Positions 16,072 to 21,046 of a stretch of DNA of 21,046 bases are shown one piece after another. The stretch is from an uncultured virus (IMG/VR IMGVR_UViG_3300025875_000009) (lineage: Duplodnaviria > Heunggongvirae > Uroviricota > Caudoviricetes). Numbering within the stretch: the stretch's first letter is position 1; every line of letters begins with the position of its first letter. The translations under genes and the position numbers were made by a program. The notes under the pieces are model-generated. The model made no database searches. It was given only the letters and a program-made list of their open reading frames with translations, and was not told the origin of the DNA. The DNA is taken from the IMG/VR virus record IMGVR_UViG_3300025875_000009; one strand, written 5' to 3'.

Positions 16072-16616
16072 GTTTGGCGAGCGTCGGCGAGCGGTTTGAG
16101 ATCCCCTTCGCGGTGGTCGAGGGTGGGCAGGGCGTTGTCACCGGCATCCTGTCGGAGACGGACCAGAACGCGCAGCCCTCCTACATCTTCGTGCAGCCGC
16201 GGCACGTCTTCCGCACCAGTTTTCCGACAGCCGCGCGCAACGGCATGGTTCTGCGCTCGCCCAGCGGGTCGCTGTTCATCGTCGGCGCGAACGGCCCCTC
16301 CGAGACGTACCGTGGGTCGATCTGGCAGAGCTTCCGCCTGTTCGAGCCGACCGCCAAGGTGCTGTGGCAGCGCCGCAAGAAGCGTATTGATCCCGTAACG
16401 AAGCGCGAGCGTGAGGACGGTTTGGAAACAATGGGCGAAATTTGGGTCGCGATCGAGCCGATCGATCGCGAGGCTTTCGACGTGACGCTGCGCACCAGCT
16501 TCGAGCAGACGCGCTTTATCACCGGCGCGCCGGTCCAGTCTGACGATCTGGTGGACAACCGGGCCATCACGAAGGTGGACAAGCAGCTCGGACTCTCGAT
16601 AGGGGTGTTGACGTAA
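16065..16616 (+). CDS. Head-closure (gpFII/SPP1 gp16)-like protein; start probably 16065 or 16068, not 15909
   Basis: C-terminal half VLWQRRKKRIDPVTK...GEIWVAIEPIDRE resembles the head-tail joining family pattern. Start overlaps the gpM-like stop. Confidence 0.5.
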   Translation: MVSLASVGERFEIPFAVVEGGQGVVTGILSETDQNAQPSYIFVQPRHVFRTSFPTAARNGMVLRSPSGSLFIVGANGPSETYRGSIWQSFRLFEPTAKVLWQRRKKRIDPVTKREREDGLETMGEIWVAIEPIDREAFDVTLRTSFEQTRFITGAPVQSDDLVDNRAITKVDKQLGLSIGVLT

Positions 16617-16628
16617 TCCCCAACCACG

Positions 16629-16646
16629 CCTGGGAAAATTCCCAGG
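16629..16646. promoter_or_regulatory. Palindromic site upstream of the tail tip gene
   Basis: CCTGGGAAAATTCCCAGG. The core 16630-16645 is the exact reverse complement of 7366-7381. Confidence 0.55.
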
Positions 16647-16665
16647 TTCTGCCTAGCGAGAACCA

Positions 16666-19600
16666 GTGGGTCACGTCACGATCAAAGGCGCAAAGGGCGG
16701 TGGAAGCAACAGCTTCAAGCAGACGCCCGACAACCTCCGCTCGAACGACACGTTCGAGGGTGTCCTTGGCGTGTGCATTGGCCCGATCAAGGGGCCAACC
16801 CGCGGCCTGAAGTCGATCAAGCTCGACGGCACCGCGGTTGAGAACGAGACGGGCCAGCTCAATTTTACCGAGTTCGTCGCGACGTTCGGCAACGGCGACC
16901 CTGCGCAGTTCCCGCAGGTCGTGCAGCTGAAGCTCGGCGCGGGCGCTGCGCCGACACAAGTCGGCACTACGCTGGTCAACACCGATGGCGTCGCCGTGCC
17001 GGCGACCAAGACGCTCAACAACACGAACGCCGAGTTCGTGGATCTGCGCTTCATCGTCAACCAGCTGTTCCGGCAGGATGCTAAGGGCATCTACGATCTG
17101 ACGGCGACGCTCAAGATCGAGCTGAAGCCGACCGGATCGACGACGTGGATCAACCCGACGATTGGGACGGCCAACGGCAACTACAACCCGACCGGCATCA
17201 GCATCCCCAGCCTGTTCGGCGCGGTGCTGAAAATGCTCGTTCCCGAGACTTATTACGACAAGTACGGGAACCCCAAGGCGGGTCGAGAGAATTACGGGAT
17301 CACCGGCAAGACCACCGGCCCGGCGGTCTACGAGCTGCGCATCGCACTGCCCAACACCGGTGTCTATGCCGATACGGCGTGGGACATCCGCGTTACGCTG
17401 CTGGAGCGTGACAAGTACACCGGCGGCAAGGACAACGCCGACAGTGAGGTCCGGTCGATCCAGTGGGAATCGATCGCTGCCGTCTACGGCAAGACGATGT
17501 TTGACCACGAGGACACACGCGGCGTCGCGTGGCTGCAGCTCTATGGCAAAGCGAGTGACCAGCTGACTGGCGTGCCCGAGGTGATCGGCGAGTTCGACAC
17601 CAAGATCGTGCAGGTGCCGCCGTCGAACATCTTCAACCCCGACACGCGCCAGTACACCAACGAGACGTGGGATGGTTCGTGGGCCAAGGCTTACACGAAC
17701 GACCCGGCGTGGGTGATCTCCGACGCGATCAGCGACAGCCTCGCGGGCATCAGCCTCATCGCGCCCGGCTCTTACCTGAACAAGTGGGACGCCCTCGAAA
17801 TGTCGAAGTGGTGTTCGCAGCTGGTGCCGGATGGCACCGGCGGCACGCACCCACGCTATAGCCTGAACCTCGCCATCAAGGAGGCGATGAAGGCCGAGGA
17901 CTTTATCCGCTATCTCGCAGGCGCGGTCGGCGGCCTCGCATGGGATCAGGGCGATGGCGAGTGGCGCGTGAAGATGGACAAGCCGGACGTCCCGGTGGAC
18001 CTGTTCACGCTCGACAACATCGAGGGCGAGTTCGTCTACGCGAACACCGACGTCGACACCCGCTACAACGACATCACGATGACCTTCCTCAACGAGGAGA
18101 TGGACTATCGTGAGGACCGCGTCCGCGTCTACAACAACGCCTCGATCGCCGCGATCGGCCGCAAGCCGACCACGCTGGTCGCGGTCGGCTGCACCAACCG
18201 TCAGGAGGCCATGCGCCGCGCGCTGATGCGCCTGCTGTCGGCCACCGGCGAGACGCGCGTCGTCAACTTCACCACCAACCGCCGTGGCCGGAACGTCGAA
18301 CACCTCGACATGATCCTCGTCGCCGACAGCGACCTCGGTGACCTCGACAAGCGCACCAACGGCCGCACCATTGCGCTGTCGGCCGATCGGCGCACGATCA
18401 CCCTGCGCGACCCGGTCTACCTCGCGCCCGGCATCCAGTACGCCATCCGCTTCGCGGTGCCGAACCCGACATACTCGCCCGCGACCGCGACGCAGCCGAC
18501 CAGCTCGGACTGGAAGAAGCCGACGATCACGCAGACGCGCGCCGTTGTTGCGCCGACCGCCACCGGCATGACGGCGACAATCGTGCTTGACACGCCGCTG
18601 CCTGAAAATGCGCCCGATAACCTAGCCGTGGCGCTCGAAGCCGCGAATCTCGTCACGCTGCCCAAGCTCTATCGCGTCACCAACGTCACCTACGACGATG
18701 ACGGCGAGCGGGTCGCGATCAGTGCCCTTGAGGTCAAGACCGACAAGTGGCTGCTGTCGGACAACGTCACCAAGCAGGACACCGTCTTCCAAGACACGCG
18801 CGGCGCGGTGCCGGTGCCGTCGCTGGTCGCAGGCAACAACCTACTATCGCTGTATCGCGTGCCGCTAGAGCAGGGCAGTCAGGTAAACCTGCAGGCTAGC
18901 TGGGTGCGGCCGGCAGGCGCGTTCATCAGCGGGTTCCGTGTCCAGTATAGCGTCAACGGCGGTGCGCTCCAGACTGCGGTCGAGCGCCAACAGCTGACTG
19001 AATGGGAGCTGCCCAATGCCGGGCCAGGCTTCTATCATGTTGAGATTACTTCGATTGATCGTCGTGGTGGTTACAGCCTGACGCTGACCGGCGATCTTGA
19101 AGTTACTCAGTCTCTGATCGATGCTACGCAGGTTCGATACAGCACGGGCGAAACTCTTGACGAGATGAAGCCCGCCACGCCCCACGCCACCGAGGGGGCC
19201 CCCGACGGCACTGAAGTTGGTGGCGTGAATGCTGGGGATCTTACCAACCCCGACATCATCACCGGCAAGGAGAAGGCAGAGAGCCTCATCCCGCGCGGCA
19301 ACGAAGCGCAGGCTTGGTACAACTCGCTGTCGCTGGCGTTCTCGGCCTTGCAGTCGCCCCCTGCGGCGCTCGGCGCTGGTTTCGCGGCTTTGGTCACCGC
19401 CCGCGACTTCTACGTGCAGTTCCTTGTTGCCATGCAGCCCGCTTGGGATGACGTGACGCAATCGACCCCGGTCGATCGTGATGACCTGAATACGCTGTGG
19501 GAAGCGTACCAGCAGCACCTGTCCGAGTTCGACACGCTTATGAAGGCAGGGTACGTCGACAACGTACCCGCAGCGGAGCTGGTCGGCAGCGGGTTCGCCA

Positions 19601-21046
19601 GCTGGCCGGAGAAGATCGCCTCGCTGCTTCCGCGCGACCGAGCTATCCAGTCGCGATACGACGAACTGTCGCTCCGCTATGCGGAGGTAATGCCTCGGCT
19701 CGGCTATCCACCAGAGCTGAAGGTGGCTTCCGATCGCCTGGGCGAGGCGATGCGGGCAAAAGGTGCCTACGTCGAGGCACTGGTGCCCTCCATCTACGAC
19801 ATCACCCAGACGACGCCGATCGACCGCACGAAGCTGGATGGCCTCTATGACGCGGTCGTGGCCGCCCTCGACGCCCTGGAGACTGCCCTCACGACCGAGC
19901 TGACGCGCAAGGTCGAGGCGTCGTTCTCTGACCTGACCAACCTCGCGAAGGGTGACGACGCCGCAATCGCGAACGGTTCGATTGACACCGAGACTGAGGC
20001 GGTGATCGTCACCGCAGCCGTCGGCACACTGAACCGCGAGCTGGAGAAGCTCGCCGCGCAGGCCGCGCTGCTCAACATTCAGACTGTTGAGCCCTACGGC
20101 GCGACCGCCAAGGCGAAGGCGTGGTCGGACTTGGTCGCGGCCGCGACCGGCCCCGGCGTGTATCCGGCTCCCATCAACAAGGCCGACTATGCAGCGAGGA
20201 AGGCGGCGGCGATCGCCGCGCGCGACGCTCTCGCGACGAAGATCAACGCCTATGTCGCGGGTGGTGTCGCGACCGGCATCGAGACGCTGAAGACAAATGG
20301 CGCGGTCGCACTGTCGGGAGAAGCGGGCGGTGCGACCGGCACCGGTCAGGGCGTCGTCTACACCACGCTCGCCTACAAGACGCCCAAGCTCGAGGTTGCC
20401 TTCCTGCCCGGCGGTGCGACCGACGCGGGCTTCGTCGATCAGCTGCTCTACGCCCCCAGCAGCGATCGCGGCACGATCAGCTATGGCCTGCGCTACGGCA
20501 AGGACACGCAGGGCGTCTATCGGCTGTGGACCAAGGTCAACGGCGCGATCACGCTATGGAGCAATGAGGCGTTCCCGAACGGGATCGGCGCGCGCATCTC
20601 GCTGCTCAGCGACGGCACCACGACGACGCTGCTGTTCGAAGTGCCTGAGTCCGCGGTGAGAACGTCGGGCGTGCAGGGCATCCCTGCGGGCACGGCCTAT
20701 GCCACGAAGGTCATCACGCTGGAGGCGGGCTCCAAGTTCTCGCACCTGCGGCTGAGCGGCAGCGACGCTACGCCGTATGAGGCTATCCCCGGCGACAAGC
20801 CACCAGCGAACGCCACCGCTGGCGCGAACATCGTCAACGGCGTCAACACGGTCGGCGCGAGCGGCCCGGATGCCGAGGGCTATTACACTTTCGACGGCAC
20901 CGATCAGATGTTCCTCGCTGGCAACGGCGTCGAGAAGATCCAGTGGGGCGGCGAGCCGTACCTCAAGATCACGGTCGACGCGAAGGACGACACCGGCAAG
21001 GGCGACGCGATCGTCGGCGTGCTGTGCGACCTCGCGGGCGGCAGCG
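16666..21046 (+). CDS. Tail tip / host specificity protein J-like, more than 1460 aa, 3'-truncated by the window
   Basis: Manual translation from GTG 16666: MGHVTIKGAKGGGSNSFKQTPDNLRS...GPIKG, WDGSWAKAYTNDPAW and VPDGTGGTHPRY match lambda gpJ motifs. FN3-like segment near 18880-19100. No stop seen to the window end. Confidence 0.9.
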   Translation, partial: MGHVTIKGAKGGGSNSFKQTPDNLRSNDTFEGVLGVCIGPIKGPTRGLKSIKLDGTAVENETGQLNFTEFVATFGNGDPAQFPQVVQLKLGAGAAPTQVGTTLVNTDGVAVPATKTLNNTNAEFVDLRFIVNQLFRQDAKGIYDLTATLKIELKPTGSTTWINPTIGTANGNYNPTGISIPSLFGAVLKMLVPETYYDKYGNPKAGRENYGITGKTTGPAVYELRIALPNTGVYADTAWDIRVTLLERDKYTGGKDNADSEVRSIQWESIAAVYGKTMFDHEDTRGVAWLQLYGKASDQLTGVPEVIGEFDTKIVQVPPSNIFNPDTRQYTNETWDGSWAKAYTNDPAWVISDAISDSLAGISLIAPGSYLNKWDALEMSKWCSQLVPDGTGGTHPRYSLNLAIKEAMKAEDFIRYLAGAVGGLAWDQGDGEWRVKMDKPDVPVDLFTLDNIEGEFVYANTDVDTRYNDITMTFLNEEMDYREDRVRVYNNASIAAIGRKPTTLVAVGCTNRQEAMRRALMRLLSATGETRVVNFTTNRRGRNVEHLDMILVADSDLGDLDKRTNGRTIALSADRRTITLRDPVYLAPGIQYAIRFAVPNPTYSPATATQPTSSDWKKPTITQTRAVVAPTATGMTATIVLDTPLPENAPDNLAVALEAANLVTLPKLYRVTNVTYDDDGERVAISALEVKTDKWLLSDNVTKQDTVFQDTRGAVPVPSLVAGNNLLSLYRVPLEQGSQVNLQASWVRPAGAFISGFRVQYSVNGGALQTAVERQQLTEWELPNAGPGFYHVEITSIDRRGGYSLTLTGDLEVTQSLIDATQVRYSTGETLDEMKPATPHATEGAPDGTEVGGVNAGDLTNPDIITGKEKAESLIPRGNEAQAWYNSLSLAFSALQSPPAALGAGFAALVTARDFYVQFLVAMQPAWDDVTQSTPVDRDDLNTLWEAYQQHLSEFDTLMKAGYVDNVPAAELVGSGFASWPEKIASLLPRDRAIQSRYDELSLRYAEVMPRLGYPPELKVASDRLGEAMRAKGAYVEALVPSIYDITQTTPIDRTKLDGLYDAVVAALDALETALTTELTRKVEASFSDLTNLAKGDDAAIANGSIDTETEAVIVTAAVGTLNRELEKLAAQAALLNIQTVEPYGATAKAKAWSDLVAAATGPGVYPAPINKADYAARKAAAIAARDALATKINAYVAGGVATGIETLKTNGAVALSGEAGGATGTGQGVVYTTLAYKTPKLEVAFLPGGATDAGFVDQLLYAPSSDRGTISYGLRYGKDTQGVYRLWTKVNGAITLWSNEAFPNGIGARISLLSDGTTTTLLFEVPESAVRTSGVQGIPAGTAYATKVITLEAGSKFSHLRLSGSDATPYEAIPGDKPPANATAGANIVNGVNTVGASGPDAEGYYTFDGTDQMFLAGNGVEKIQWGGEPYLKITVDAKDDTGKGDAIVGVLCDLAGGS

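Larger units (their letters stand above)
1..21046. mobile_element. Tailed phage (siphovirus-like) head-neck-tail morphogenesis module; phage genome or prophage
   Basis: Contiguous protease, capsid, neck, major tail, tape measure and lambda L/K/I/M/J-like tip genes. No host genes, integrase or att site visible. Confidence 0.95.

Noticed and set aside
16666..21046. Apparent gene-poor region or stop-codon recoding suggested by the ORF track
   Set aside because: It is one long plus-strand frame omitted because its stop lies outside the window. No in-frame stops were seen, so recoding is not needed. No diversity-generating retroelement repeat was noticed.

Overview
High-GC virion morphogenesis region of a long-tailed (siphovirus-type) dsDNA phage or prophage. 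An alphaproteobacterial host is plausible but only inferred. Gene order on +: prohead protease with nested scaffold (5'-truncated), decoration protein, major capsid protein, HNH endonuclease, Pro-rich protein, three head-tail/neck genes. A small minus-strand operon follows (Arc-like ribbon-helix-helix regulator plus a probable tail-assembly-chaperone G/GT pair with a T TTT TTC -1 frameshift site). Then on +: major tail protein, an AT-rich structured intergenic element, gpL/DUF1833-like, NlpC/P60, JAB, ubiquitin-like gpI, an HTH-metallophosphoesterase, a 1659-aa tape measure with an embedded Zn-peptidase motif, gpM-like, a displaced head-closure-like gene, and a gpJ-like tail tip protein of more than 1460 aa that runs off the window (missing from the ORF track). 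The most unusual points are the antisense regulator-coupled chaperone operon, the 7391-7475 inverted repeat, a 16-bp palindrome shared by two intergenic regions, and the permuted tail gene order. All protein calls are from motif recognition and synteny, not database searches.
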